Positions 36,386 to 46,243 of a stretch of 64,000 nucleotides of DNA are shown here, one piece after another. The notes under the pieces were generated by a model that was not told the DNA's origin, ran no database searches, and saw only the letters and a list, made by a program, of their open reading frames with translations. Position 1 is the first letter of the stretch; every line of letters starts with the position of its first letter. The DNA is from an uncultured delta proteobacterium. Its GTDB lineage: Bacteria > Bdellovibrionota > FAC87 > UBA2466. The translations under genes were made by a program, and so were the position numbers. The DNA is taken from NCBI GenBank assembly GCA_963778115.1, contig CAVZSV010000004.1:800001-864000 (forward strand), in the 5' to 3' direction.

Positions 36386-37431
36386 GTAAGGGCTACTGAA
36401 CCCAGCAGCCCGGTCATGCCTCCGGTGATCGACAAAACCAAAGCCTCCGCCAGAAACTGTTTTAAAACATCTCTTTGGCGCGCTCCTACCGCGCGCCGAA
36501 TTCCAATCTCGCGCGTTCGCTCGGTAACGCTCACCAGCATGATGTTCATGATTCCGATTCCCCCCACCAACATCGAAATCATGGCAATCCCCGTAAGAGC
36601 GTAAGTGAGCATACTCAAAATGGTATTCATCGTGTCTAGCATCGAATCTTGGGTCACTACGGAAAAATCTTCCTGATTGTTATGTCTTTGCTTCAAAATG
36701 TCAGTGATATCCTGCACGGCGTCTTTTAAGCTCACCTTAGACTTGGCTCTGACACGGATTCCAAAGAGCTTATCGTCGTTAAAAATGCGCATCGCAGATC
36801 GTGTGGGGATGAGTACCAGATCATCCATCTGAAAACCCAAAGTCTCCCCTGATCTTTCGGTCACTCCGATAACTCGGTGTTCGCTTTCGTTCACCTTTAC
36901 CAGTTTTCCAATGGGGTTCTCATTGGGAAATAGATCTTTCGCGATCGCATAACCCAGCACCACTACCCTCCGGCCGAACTCCTCCTCTTCGTGAGAGATG
37001 AAATCGCCCAGCCCCAATTTGATATTGATGATTCTAGTGAACTTTTCGTTACAACCGATAATCGTCGTATTTTTTGATCGCAATCCAGTCTTTATGGAAC
37101 CGGTGCCAAACATAAGACCGGTCACCGAATCTAAGTTGGTCCCTTGTTTTTCAAGCGCATCCACGTCATTGAGAGTAAGTTTCCTTTTCGTTCCCCCGAT
37201 GGGAGGTCCAAAACTAGACTTCGTATCGGTCTTCCCGGGTTGGACGATAATCAGATTCGTTCCAATCCCTTCAAACTCTCTGGTGATGTAGTTCTTGGCT
37301 CCGTTGCCGATAGAAACCAAAAGGACGACCGCTCCCACGCCAATGATCATCCCCAACATAGTAAGCGCAGCTCGCAATTTATTGCTGAATAAAGATTCAA
37401 AAGCGAGCCGGATGATTTCAATGATCGGCAT
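36223..37431 (-). CDS. ABC transporter permease, MacB/FtsX family
   Basis: LTMLGMIIGVGAV, GGIGIMNIMLVSVTERTREIGIRRAVGA, PARKAA. Confidence 0.93.
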   Translation of the reverse strand: MPIIEIIRLAFESLFSNKLRAALTMLGMIIGVGAVVLLVSIGNGAKNYITREFEGIGTNLIIVQPGKTDTKSSFGPPIGGTKRKLTLNDVDALEKQGTNLDSVTGLMFGTGSIKTGLRSKNTTIIGCNEKFTRIINIKLGLGDFISHEEEEFGRRVVVLGYAIAKDLFPNENPIGKLVKVNESEHRVIGVTERSGETLGFQMDDLVLIPTRSAMRIFNDDKLFGIRVRAKSKVSLKDAVQDITDILKQRHNNQEDFSVVTQDSMLDTMNTILSMLTYALTGIAMISMLVGGIGIMNIMLVSVTERTREIGIRRAVGARQRDVLKQFLAEALVLSITGGMTGLLGSVALTYVVSWFTPSFDMRAPLWIFGPAFFLSLFTGVVFGVWPARKAANIETIEALRFE

Positions 37432-38128
37432 TCTTATTCCCGGTATCCGACTGAATGCGGCCATCTAGCATCGAAATTACGCGCCCCGCCCTCGAGGCTA
37501 CGTTGGGATCGTGAGTGACGATAAGGACAGTAACCCCATCCCGGTTTAGCTCCTCGAAGAGAGAAAGGATTTCGACACCCGATTTGGAATCTAGATTCCC
37601 CGTGGGTTCATCGGCCAAGATGAGTCTGGGCTGATTAACCAAAGCGCGGGCAATTGCCACTCGTTGCCGTTGGCCGCCTGAAAGCTCGCTGGGCCTATGT
37701 TCCATCCGGTTTCCCAGCGACACTCTCTCCAGAGCAGCCACGGCGTTTTCTCGAATTTTAGCCTCCGAAAAGGATTTGTCGTAGGCGGCCGAGTAAACAA
37801 GCGGCATCTCAACGTTTCGAAGGGCAGTCATTCGAGGTAACAGATTAAAACTTTGGAATACAAAACCAATTTTTTGGTTTCTAAGTCGCGCTCTTTCGTC
37901 GTCAGTAAGCGATTGTACGGGGATATCTTCAAGCTGATAGACCCCCTGTTCCGGCTGGTCCAAAAGCCCCAAGATATTCATTAAGGTAGACTTCCCGCAC
38001 CCGGAAGGGCCAACGATTGACAACATTTCGCCATTAGAAACCGAAAAAGAAACCCTGTCTAATGCCTGAACCAACTCTTGCCCCATCCGAAATCCCTTTC
38101 GGACGTCTTTGAGCTCGATTACGGCCAC
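37418..38128 (-). CDS. ABC transporter ATP-binding protein (MacB/LolD-like)
   Basis: GPSGCGKST, LSGGQRQR, LADEPTGNLD. Confidence 0.95.
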   Translation of the reverse strand: MAVIELKDVRKGFRMGQELVQALDRVSFSVSNGEMLSIVGPSGCGKSTLMNILGLLDQPEQGVYQLEDIPVQSLTDDERARLRNQKIGFVFQSFNLLPRMTALRNVEMPLVYSAAYDKSFSEAKIRENAVAALERVSLGNRMEHRPSELSGGQRQRVAIARALVNQPRLILADEPTGNLDSKSGVEILSLFEELNRDGVTVLIVTHDPNVASRAGRVISMLDGRIQSDTGNKNADH

Positions 38129-39134
38129 GCCACCACCTCTGGCTTTACTTTCAGCCCCGAAGTTAGCTCCGCGTCGTCACTGGGATATACGATGACATCC
38201 CCCAGCGTCACTCCGGATAAAATTTCGCTGCGATCGTAATTACCCATTCCCATTTTGACCGGTGTCTTTACCAGCTCTCCTTTAACGACTCTAAATACAT
38301 ACCGGTTCTCTCCACTGCCCAAGACAACTCGCGTGGGAAGTGCGGACACCTGCTTTTTCTCCCCGGTTACTATCTCAATTTCGGCTGAAGCTCCGACGGA
38401 ATCCTCTCTTTGGTCTCTGGATCCAAAATAGTAAGCTCTATCTGAGATGTTCGATCCTGATCTTTGGTCGTATCCACGTAAGGAACTACGCGCCTGACTT
38501 CAGCAGTGAAGGGTTCGGTTCTGGAAGCAGGAACTCTAATCCGACCTCGTTGACCTATCTTCACATGGCCTAGATCAATTTCATCGATATCGCCTTTCAC
38601 TATGCGAGGTTTGAGATCAATGAGACGAATAGGATTTTTTGTGACCTGAGTCCCTGTCTGCGAGGATTCGCCAAGTTGAAGGTTTTGTTCGGTAACAATC
38701 CCGTCAAAGGGCGCTTTAATGATGGTCTTATCCAGATTAGCTCTGGCTATTTCGGCAGTACGCCGCGATTCATCGAGAGAGACTTGGGAGATTAGGCCCT
38801 CGGCAAATAGTTTTTGAGCCCGTTCCCACTCTTTGGCGGTCTGCTGGTAGCCCACTTGAAGATCAGAATTTTCCAACTCCGCTAGAATTTGTCCTCTCTT
38901 GACGATGTCCCCCAATTTCACCGAAATATGGTTTATCCTTCCTACGACCCCAAAAGCGAGAACCGCTTGCTGTTCGGCCGTGACGGTTCCCGAACTTATC
39001 GTCGTCACCGTTGATTCCACGTCGGCTTTTGTGACTTTAACCGCTTTAAGTTCCGCGGCTTTCTTACACGCGCCAGCTCCCAGAGCACTCAAAACTGCAA
39101 TCACGCTCATTACGAAAATGAATTTTCGCTTCAC
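38119..39134 (-). CDS. Efflux membrane fusion protein (MacA-like), frameshifted near 38345-38400
   Basis: IKAPFDGIV and DEIDLGHVKIGQ in the 254-aa ORF; C-terminal part (ALPTRVV..KTPVKMG..EILSG) in another frame. Confidence 0.82.
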
Positions 39135-40552
39135 AAGCTCACCCCCAAATTCGCGCCCAATCTTTTTAATAACACCGCCAGATCCAGTTTTGCCTTAGCC
39201 AAATTGATCTTAGATTCGATAAGGTCGTTTTGACTTCCGAGAAGTTCCACGATGGTCGCTTTCCCCAGCTGGTAACTCTTAAGAGATAGCCGGACAATCT
39301 CTTCGTTCTGCTGGCGATTCAACGTTAGCGACTCCACCGATCGCCTCAGCGCTCTAATTTGACGGACTTCACTTTCAACATCGCTAAAAAGGTTCAAAGT
39401 ATCTCTTTCACGACTCACGCGAGCCGCGGCTTCGGCGTTTACTTTTTCAGAGTGGCTGCTAAAAAGGCTGCCTCCCAAATAGACGGGGATCGTTAGCACC
39501 GCCCCAAAAGCATACGACTGATTGGCTTGGGAAAAGAGATCTGAAAAATTACCGGCCTGCCGACTCAAAGATCCTTGGAGGGAAAGTTCCGGCCAGTCTT
39601 GCGCCATTAAAAGAGCGGCTTTCGTTTCCGAAAGAGCCTCTTGCGCCAAAAAGCTCTGGTAGACGGGGCTTGCCTCGACGACTCGTCTGCGGAGCAAGTC
39701 GCTTTGTATCGTCTCATCTGTCCCTTGCTCTGAGGGTTTCAGATAAGAAGATAGCTGATCTAACCATTTGTCGGAACCTTCGGTAAAATCGGCGATGGCG
39801 ATCTCTAGTTCCTTCTCGTCAACCAAAAGATCAAAAAGACCGCTTTTGGCCAACTCCTCTCGGCTCGATCCGGAGTATTGGATAAGAGAATCAAGACCCG
39901 CAGTCCTCTCCTGCTCGTAGGTGAGCTTCCTAGACTCTAACGAAACGCGATTCGCCTCGGCACGTAGCACATCGACCCGGGTCCGCTGCCCCAGCTCATA
40001 GCGCGCTTTGGACTCTCTCTCATTGGTGCCCGCAGCCTCTATCGAATGAATTAAAGTTGCCTCTTTGTAGACTTGCAGCAGATAAGCCCCCAATAGTGAG
40101 CGCAGCCGCCAGTCTAGTTCTGCTTTTTTGGAGTCTAACTGATAGCTAGAGAGCCTTCGATCGCGCACCGACTGTTCTACCGCTAAGTGCACCGATCGAC
40201 GGTACAAAGGAAGAGAGAGCTTGACCGCCCACCCACTTAGCTGGACTTCGGAAGGGGTGAAAGAGGTAAAGGGCGGGGGCAAAGTACCGCTGTTGATAAA
40301 GCTGTAGTCTTTGGAAGTATTTTGGGAGAGCTGGATATCGGCTCGAGGTAACCAATGGGCCCATGCGGTTTGCACTTGGGCTGAGGACTGCCGGTAAGCG
40401 CTCTCCGCCAGTTGAATCTCCGGCGAATGAGAGATCGTTACTTTTTTCAAAGCATCAAAAACATCGGAGACTGTCGTGGGAGCGGAAGTTGCCGGAACAG
40501 CCCCGAGTAGCAATGCAAAAACGACCAAACATCGGGTAAATCGAGACACCAT
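39131..40552 (-). CDS. TolC-family outer membrane efflux protein
   Basis: Signal peptide; RYELGQRTRVDVLRAE and YQLGKATIVELL repeats; upstream of MFP and ABC genes. Confidence 0.88.
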   Translation of the reverse strand: MVSRFTRCLVVFALLLGAVPATSAPTTVSDVFDALKKVTISHSPEIQLAESAYRQSSAQVQTAWAHWLPRADIQLSQNTSKDYSFINSGTLPPPFTSFTPSEVQLSGWAVKLSLPLYRRSVHLAVEQSVRDRRLSSYQLDSKKAELDWRLRSLLGAYLLQVYKEATLIHSIEAAGTNERESKARYELGQRTRVDVLRAEANRVSLESRKLTYEQERTAGLDSLIQYSGSSREELAKSGLFDLLVDEKELEIAIADFTEGSDKWLDQLSSYLKPSEQGTDETIQSDLLRRRVVEASPVYQSFLAQEALSETKAALLMAQDWPELSLQGSLSRQAGNFSDLFSQANQSYAFGAVLTIPVYLGGSLFSSHSEKVNAEAAARVSRERDTLNLFSDVESEVRQIRALRRSVESLTLNRQQNEEIVRLSLKSYQLGKATIVELLGSQNDLIESKINLAKAKLDLAVLLKRLGANLGVSL

Positions 40553-40635
40553 GCGACGCCGATACTACTCCAAAAGACGGGTCAAAAATAGGATGTGTTT
40601 AGCCGGTTAAGCAAGGCTGCCCCTCTCAGTTGGGG

Positions 40636-40664
40636 TTGCCATCTGCCCCAAGAGTGGATAGTTT
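40636..40664 (+). promoter_or_regulatory. Sigma70-type promoter candidate for the DHS-like gene
   Basis: TTGCCA-N17-TAGTTT. Confidence 0.4.
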
Positions 40665-40700
40665 GCTACCTTATATTTTTTAAATGTAAGAGAGTGATTT

Positions 40701-41672
40701 ATGGCAACTAAAACCATTACCGAGTTCATTGAAAAGCATTACCGTCATTTTAACGCGGCGGCCCTAATCGATGCGGCACAGGCCTATCGACGTCATTTGG
40801 ATAAGGGCGGCAAAATGTTTATGTCCATCGCGGGGGCAATGAGCTCGGGCGAGCTAGGAATCTCTTTAGCTGAAATGATCCGCAACGATAAGGTGCACGC
40901 CATTTGTTGTACCGGCGCCAATTTGGAAGAGGACGTCTTTAATCTGGTCGCCCACGAGCACTACAAGCGGATTCCCCACTATCGTGACCTGACTCCCCAG
41001 GACGAAATGGCCCTGTTGGAAAAACATCTGAATCGCGTAACCGATACGTGCATCCCTGAGGAAGAGGCCATCCGCCGTATCGAACACCATGTCCTTGCGG
41101 AATGGGAAAAGGCCCATCAAGCCAAGAAGTCTTACTTCCCTCACGAATTTCTCTATAGTGTCCTACGCAGCAAGGAGTTGGTCCCTAGTTACCAAATCCC
41201 TGAAGAGAATAGTTGGCTACTCGCCGCATGCGAAAAGAATTTGCCCTTGATTGTCCCGGGTTGGGAAGACTCGACGTTAGGAAATATCTTTGCGGCCCGT
41301 TGCATCGAAGGAAAGATTGCCCCTCAAGCTCTAAAAAGTGGAATCCAATACATGATTGAGCTGGCCGGGTGGTATGAGAAGACCTCTCGCAACCATTCGA
41401 TAGGATTTTTCCAAATTGGCGGTGGAATCGCTGGTGATTTTCCGATCTGTGTCGTTCCGATGTTAAACCAAGATCTGCTAAAGAATGTCGATGTATGGGG
41501 TTACTTTTGCCAGATTAGCGACTCGACCACAAGTTACGGGTCTTACTCGGGTGCGGTTCCCAATGAAAAGATCACTTGGGGTAAGCTAGGAATTGATACG
41601 CCCAAATTTATTGTTGAATCGGATGCCACGATTGTAGCCCCTCTTATCTTTGCCCATGTGCTGGGATGGTAG
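40701..41672 (+). CDS. Deoxyhypusine synthase-like protein (bacterial DHS / homospermidine synthase family)
   Basis: TGANLEED, IGGGIAGDF, SGAVPNEKITWGK, ESDATIVAPL. Confidence 0.92.
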   Translation: MATKTITEFIEKHYRHFNAAALIDAAQAYRRHLDKGGKMFMSIAGAMSSGELGISLAEMIRNDKVHAICCTGANLEEDVFNLVAHEHYKRIPHYRDLTPQDEMALLEKHLNRVTDTCIPEEEAIRRIEHHVLAEWEKAHQAKKSYFPHEFLYSVLRSKELVPSYQIPEENSWLLAACEKNLPLIVPGWEDSTLGNIFAARCIEGKIAPQALKSGIQYMIELAGWYEKTSRNHSIGFFQIGGGIAGDFPICVVPMLNQDLLKNVDVWGYFCQISDSTTSYGSYSGAVPNEKITWGKLGIDTPKFIVESDATIVAPLIFAHVLGW

Positions 41673-42484
41673 AGACACCTCCGCTCGTCGTCCGAAATTT
41701 AGTTAAGACCTACTCACAATCTCACGGCGCGCCCTTGATTGCGGTAAACAATCTCTCCTTTAATGTCGCCTCAGGCGAGTGTTTTGGGTTATTGGGGCCC
41801 AATGGGGCAGGAAAATCGACCACAATTGACTGCATCACCGGCTTTTATCCCGCTACTTCCGGCGAAGTCCTCATCGAAGGAAACAACGTCTTTAGTAACC
41901 CCAAGTTGGCCCGCCTTCGCCTTGGAGTCTGCGCTCAAGACGACACTTTGGACTCGGATTTCGATCTTTGGGACCAAATGATTCGCTATGCTCGTTTTTT
42001 TAAGATCCCCACTTCCGTTGCTAAAGAACGTGCTAAACGGCTTCTTAGTAAATTTGGGCTGGAATCAAAGCGGGATGAACTTATCTCCTCTTTGTCCGGA
42101 GGAATGCGCCGAAAACTTCAGGTAGCTCGTGCTTTGATGACCGAACCCAAAGTTCTGGTTCTTGATGAACCCACGACTGGTCTCGACCCCGATGCTAGGC
42201 GGATGCTTTGGGATGTCCTAACGGAAGAGCGTAAGAAAGGGACTGCTATCCTGCTATCCACGCATTACATGGACGAAGCGGAAAGGCTTTGTGATCGGAT
42301 AGGAATGCTTTACGACGGAACTCTGCTCGATCTCTCTGCACCGGCCGATCTTATCGCCAAGTACGTCTGCACGCCCGTGGTTGAAGAAGAAGTAAGACCG
42401 GGTGTGGTTTGGAAGAGAGCGGCCAACTTGGAGGACGTCTTTTTGAAGCTCACCGGAAAACGTCTGGGAGAGGCGATCGCATGA
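41666..42484 (+). CDS. ABC-2 exporter ATP-binding protein (NodI-like)
   Basis: GPNGAGKST, LSGGMRRK, LDEPTTGLDP, THYMDEAERLCDR, NLEDVFLKLTG. Confidence 0.9.
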   Translation: MVETPPLVVRNLVKTYSQSHGAPLIAVNNLSFNVASGECFGLLGPNGAGKSTTIDCITGFYPATSGEVLIEGNNVFSNPKLARLRLGVCAQDDTLDSDFDLWDQMIRYARFFKIPTSVAKERAKRLLSKFGLESKRDELISSLSGGMRRKLQVARALMTEPKVLVLDEPTTGLDPDARRMLWDVLTEERKKGTAILLSTHYMDEAERLCDRIGMLYDGTLLDLSAPADLIAKYVCTPVVEEEVRPGVVWKRAANLEDVFLKLTGKRLGEAIA

Positions 42485-43257
42485 GAATACCGGATACGTT
42501 ATGGGGGATTCAATGCGTTTGGACTCGTTACTTCGATGTTTTTAGAAAGAACATCCTTTACGCCATCGTCATCACCTTTACGGAACCTATTCTTTACTTA
42601 TTGGCGTTTGGTTACGGTTTGGGTTCGCTCATCGGAACGGTCAACGTTCCGGGACACGTGGTCACCTACCGCCAATTCATTTATGCTGGGATCGTCGCTC
42701 AAGCGACTTTGTTCCAGGGATTTTTTGATGCGGCTTACGGTAGCTTTATCCGCATGTACTACCAAAAGATTTTTAAAGCGATGGCCTCAACCCCCATTAC
42801 ACTTTCCGAAGTGTTATGGGGCGAACTATTGTGGGATGCCTCCAAAGCAACTTTTTCGTCGTCCATCGTGCTCCTGATAGGAACGTTAAGTGGTGATTTC
42901 AACGCCTGGGGAGCCCTTGCCTGTATTCCCATTTGCTTTGTCGGAGCGCTTCTTTTTTCTGGTTTCGGACTTTGGACCTCGGCATTGGCAAAAACGATAG
43001 ATCAGATCAACTACCCTCAATATCTGATTATCTTTCCCATGTTTCTTTTCTGCGGGGTCTACTTCCCACTTCAGCAGCTGCCGAAAGCCGCAATCGCCGT
43101 CGCATGGTTTTTCCCCTTAACCTCATTAGTCTCGGTCATTCGATCGCTGACGCTGAACCTACCCTTCGCTCCCCAAGCATTTCCAATCCTGGTAGCGTGG
43201 CTTCTATTTTTTGTACTGGGCTCCCGACGAGCCATGAGCCGCCGGTTAATAAAATAG
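42481..43257 (+). CDS. ABC-2 exporter permease (NodJ-like)
   Basis: EPILYLLAFGYGLG, GELLW, PMFLFCGVYFP; ATGA overlap with the ATPase gene. Confidence 0.88.
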   Translation: MRIPDTLWGIQCVWTRYFDVFRKNILYAIVITFTEPILYLLAFGYGLGSLIGTVNVPGHVVTYRQFIYAGIVAQATLFQGFFDAAYGSFIRMYYQKIFKAMASTPITLSEVLWGELLWDASKATFSSSIVLLIGTLSGDFNAWGALACIPICFVGALLFSGFGLWTSALAKTIDQINYPQYLIIFPMFLFCGVYFPLQQLPKAAIAVAWFFPLTSLVSVIRSLTLNLPFAPQAFPILVAWLLFFVLGSRRAMSRRLIK

Positions 43258-43414
43258 AGGTCTCCTCTGTCATTTCGAGGAGCAGCAGCGACTTGTCCCG
43301 CATAGCCGCGGGCGAAGCGGGAAGCGACTCGACGACCTGTCCGGCAGTAGCCTTGGCGAAGCAAGACGCAATGTCATCGAAAAAGTACCCCTGGGTAGAT
43401 CTCTTACGTCACCG

Positions 43415-44428
43415 CTAACTTACCATCTTAGCCACAGCCTTTACCCATACGTCCGTGGAATTTAAGGACGGCACGAGTGTCAAATCCTCTCCCCCGGCCT
43501 TCCGAAATTGGTCAAGCCCCCGAATAGCCACCTCTTCGAGAGTCTCCAAACAATCGGCTACAAAGGAGGGGCACAGAACCAAGAGTCTTTTAATTCCTCT
43601 ACTAGGAAGCGTTTCATAAAAGTGATCCGTATACGGTTTTATCCAGGGGGTTCTGCCAAGGCGTGACTGAAAGCAGACGGAGTATCGTAGCGGATTAATA
43701 TTGAGCCTCTGCGCAAGTAGCCGAGCTGTCGTGAAACATTGGTAGCGATAGCAATTCTCATTGGCCTTCACCGACATGTCACAACAGATATCCGACGTAA
43801 GACAGTGGGACCCGGTCAAATCCGTCTTTTTGATCTGGCGCTCGGGAAGACCGTGAAAACTAAACAGAACCAGATCGAAAGGCTTTTTCTTAACGAAGGG
43901 AGCGCTCACTTCCGTCACAGCATTGAGATACTCTTGAGAATCATAAAAAGCGGGCAAATACCTAGTCTCACCGGTCCATTTTCGAAGTTCGAGAATCTCC
44001 CTAACTCTTGCCACCGAAGATTCGGTCGCCGCCAAAGAATATTGGGGATACAGAGGGAATACGGTCAGTCTTTCTATTCCCTGAGCCAAAAGTTTATCGA
44101 TGGAAGACTCAAGGCTTGGATTTCCATAGCGCATCGCGATTTCTAACGGAGTTTCAGCCCCTAGTAACTCCGCTACTTTTTTCCCAAGTTCCTTAGTGTG
44201 GACAAGCAGTGGGGAGCCAGCTTCGGTCCAGATCTTTTGATAGAGCCTTGCGGAAGCGGTGCCCCTTTTCGGCACAATCGCAACATTCACGAGAAGCCAG
44301 CGAGCCCACGCTGAAATATCGACTACATAGGGATCCATCAGAAACTCTCTGAGATAGCTACCAACATCCTTGGGTTGGGGGCTATCTGGAGTTCCTAAAT
44401 TAACTAATAAGACGCCATTTTTTTTCAC
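43415..44428 (-). CDS. hemH: Ferrochelatase
   Basis: GVLLVNLGTP, AMRYGNPS, PLYPQYS, FSFHGLP, FQSRLG, FVADCLETLEE; probable GTG start at 44428. Confidence 0.95.
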   Translation of the reverse strand: MKKNGVLLVNLGTPDSPQPKDVGSYLREFLMDPYVVDISAWARWLLVNVAIVPKRGTASARLYQKIWTEAGSPLLVHTKELGKKVAELLGAETPLEIAMRYGNPSLESSIDKLLAQGIERLTVFPLYPQYSLAATESSVARVREILELRKWTGETRYLPAFYDSQEYLNAVTEVSAPFVKKKPFDLVLFSFHGLPERQIKKTDLTGSHCLTSDICCDMSVKANENCYRYQCFTTARLLAQRLNINPLRYSVCFQSRLGRTPWIKPYTDHFYETLPSRGIKRLLVLCPSFVADCLETLEEVAIRGLDQFRKAGGEDLTLVPSLNSTDVWVKAVAKMVS

Positions 44429-44439
44429 TAAAGGTTTCG

Positions 44440-44454
44440 TGACAAGAATTGTCA
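44440..44454. promoter_or_regulatory. Palindromic operator / putative enhancer-binding site
   Basis: TGACAA-GAA-TTGTCA, same TGAC-N7-GTCA geometry as 19053-19069. Confidence 0.5.
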
Positions 44455-44516
44455 GGGCTGTCAACGAGATAAAAGTCAGTTTTGCGTACACACCGAGTTT
44501 CTGTGCTCAAATTCGT

Positions 44517-44532
44517 TGGCCTCAGGTTTGCT
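44517..44532 (+). promoter_or_regulatory. Sigma54 (-24/-12) promoter candidate
   Basis: TGGCCTCAGGTTTGCT: GG-N10-GC, TGGC...TTGCT. Confidence 0.6.
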
Positions 44533-44601
44533 TTATATTCTTTCCGGGAGAGGGAGGCGTATGTTTAGGGCCTTCTTAAATAAAGGAGAATGGGGATTTC
44601 T

Positions 44602-44808
44602 ATGAGGACCTTATTCGCAGGTATTATTCTAGTTATAACGCTGTTGCTTAGTGGCTGTGGAAATAGCTGCCCGACCGGATACATCAATTCCAACGGAAGT
44701 TGCATTGCATCTTCTCCGTATGGTTATGGCGGATACAGCCAACCGACTTACGGCGGTGGTTACTACGGAAGCGGATATAATCCGTACAGTCCGTACGGTG
44801 GACACTAA
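44602..44808 (+). CDS. Small Gly/Tyr-rich lipoprotein (start 44590 or 44602)
   Basis: Lipobox LSGC, CPTGYINSNGSC loop, YG-rich tail; AAGGAG upstream. Confidence 0.65.
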   Translation: MRTLFAGIILVITLLLSGCGNSCPTGYINSNGSCIASSPYGYGGYSQPTYGGGYYGSGYNPYSPYGGH

Positions 44809-45524
44809 TCCGATTCGCGGTCAGCTAGCTTTTGGAGTTCGGCCTTCTTTGAGTTGAATTGCTTAAGGGATATTTCGAACTCCTTACGGTGTTCTACCCA
44901 TGTCGAGAGATCTTTTTTCACTTGAGATTTCTTCTCTTCGATTTGGATGAGGTTATCCTTAAGCTCACCTACAAGCTCGTTGACCCGTCTGATTTTGGGA
45001 ACCGCGTCAGCTTTCCAATCCAAAAGCGAAGTTTTATCTTCGGCGAGTTTCTCGGCGTCGTAAATTTTATCGCCTTTGGTGGAAGTGCTTTTCTTAGCTG
45101 CTGCGGCATTTTCACGTTCGTATTTAGCTATTTTCTGAAGCTCCGTTTCTGTCTTGGCCAACTTCTTGTTAGCGTCAGCGAGGTAGGTCTGGTATTGGTT
45201 TTGGAGATCTTCATGCTCTTTTTGCAGAGAGCTTATATCGGCTAGTTCGGCTTGAAGTGTCTTTAGATTCCTGTCCGCAATCTCTATATTGGATTGCACT
45301 TCCTTGGCATTCTGAGTCAGCGTTTCTATATTTTTCTTAAGGCGTTGAAGTCCTGAAGCGCTTAAATGGGGCTGAAGTTTGCCCCCGGGAGTGCTATCGA
45401 GTTCCGCGTCTTCTTTGGTGTTGGTCGCGGCTATTGCCCGAGTCGCCAAAGGCAAGCTGAGTAGCAACACCACACCCGCCATTATATATCGCGTCAAAAC
45501 GGTACGCCCGATTCGATTCGTCAT
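44805..45524 (-). CDS. Hypothetical secreted coiled-coil protein
   Basis: Signal peptide; heptad-rich Lys/Glu/Leu sequence. Confidence 0.7.
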   Translation of the reverse strand: MTNRIGRTVLTRYIMAGVVLLLSLPLATRAIAATNTKEDAELDSTPGGKLQPHLSASGLQRLKKNIETLTQNAKEVQSNIEIADRNLKTLQAELADISSLQKEHEDLQNQYQTYLADANKKLAKTETELQKIAKYERENAAAAKKSTSTKGDKIYDAEKLAEDKTSLLDWKADAVPKIRRVNELVGELKDNLIQIEEKKSQVKKDLSTWVEHRKEFEISLKQFNSKKAELQKLADRESD

Positions 45525-45544
45525 GCTTCTATTTTAACGTAATT

Positions 45545-46171
45545 CTAAGAGCGAGATGGCAATTTTGACTTGAGCCGACTGAGAACCTCACCCGACATCC
45601 ATTCCTGTGGGCCCAACCATTTATAGAGCACCTGACCGCTACTATCGACCCAGTAGGTTTCCGGAAACCGAACGGTTCCCACAGATGTCGAGAACTCTCC
45701 GCTTCTATCCCAGAGAATCGGAAGCGAAGACTTAAAGTCCAAAGTTTCAAAGGTCGGTCCTACCGTGTCTAAAGTGTCGTCCACAAGAATCGTGATAAGC
45801 CGGACCTTACTGGCACTGGACTTTGCACTTTCTAATTGCCGGTTTAAAAATTCAAGCGAGGGCAGCTCTTGAATACACGGTGCACACCATGTCGCCCAAA
45901 AATTTATGATGAGCATGCCTTCTTTAGACGGCAGAAGAGACGCCAACGTGACGGGTGCCCCTTTTTTTGTGGCGACCCCCTTGCCAGCGGTAAGCAGAGG
46001 CAATTTCATGTCGAGGGGAATACGGTTCACTGCCGCGGTAGGCAATTCAGGCGCATTGACTTCAAAAGTGGTTTTACGTAGAACACCAGGTAACCAAGCG
46101 AGCAGGCCTAAAATAAGAAAGACGGTGGTTAAGCATCCGGCCGCGATGACGCTAGATTTGCGAAGAGCCAC
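45545..46171 (-). CDS. TlpA/ResA-family thiol-disulfide oxidoreductase
   Basis: N-terminal TM; NFWATWCAPC; FPET. Confidence 0.9.
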   Translation of the reverse strand: MALRKSSVIAAGCLTTVFLILGLLAWLPGVLRKTTFEVNAPELPTAAVNRIPLDMKLPLLTAGKGVATKKGAPVTLASLLPSKEGMLIINFWATWCAPCIQELPSLEFLNRQLESAKSSASKVRLITILVDDTLDTVGPTFETLDFKSSLPILWDRSGEFSTSVGTVRFPETYWVDSSGQVLYKWLGPQEWMSGEVLSRLKSKLPSRS

Positions 46172-46243
46172 GTGCGATTAGCCTTCTATCTGAAGTTGCT
46201 GAAAGTTGGCTCAGTCTCAAAGACGTTAGTAAAGAAGGCCTGA

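Noticed and set aside
38340..38400. MacA-like gene as a pseudogene or two genes
   Set aside because: The C-terminal domain continues in another frame within an otherwise intact operon; likely an indel artefact
42933..43418. 161-aa and 97-aa ORFs around the NodJ-like / hemH junction
   Set aside because: Mostly overlap the permease in other frames and have no recognisable motif or SD
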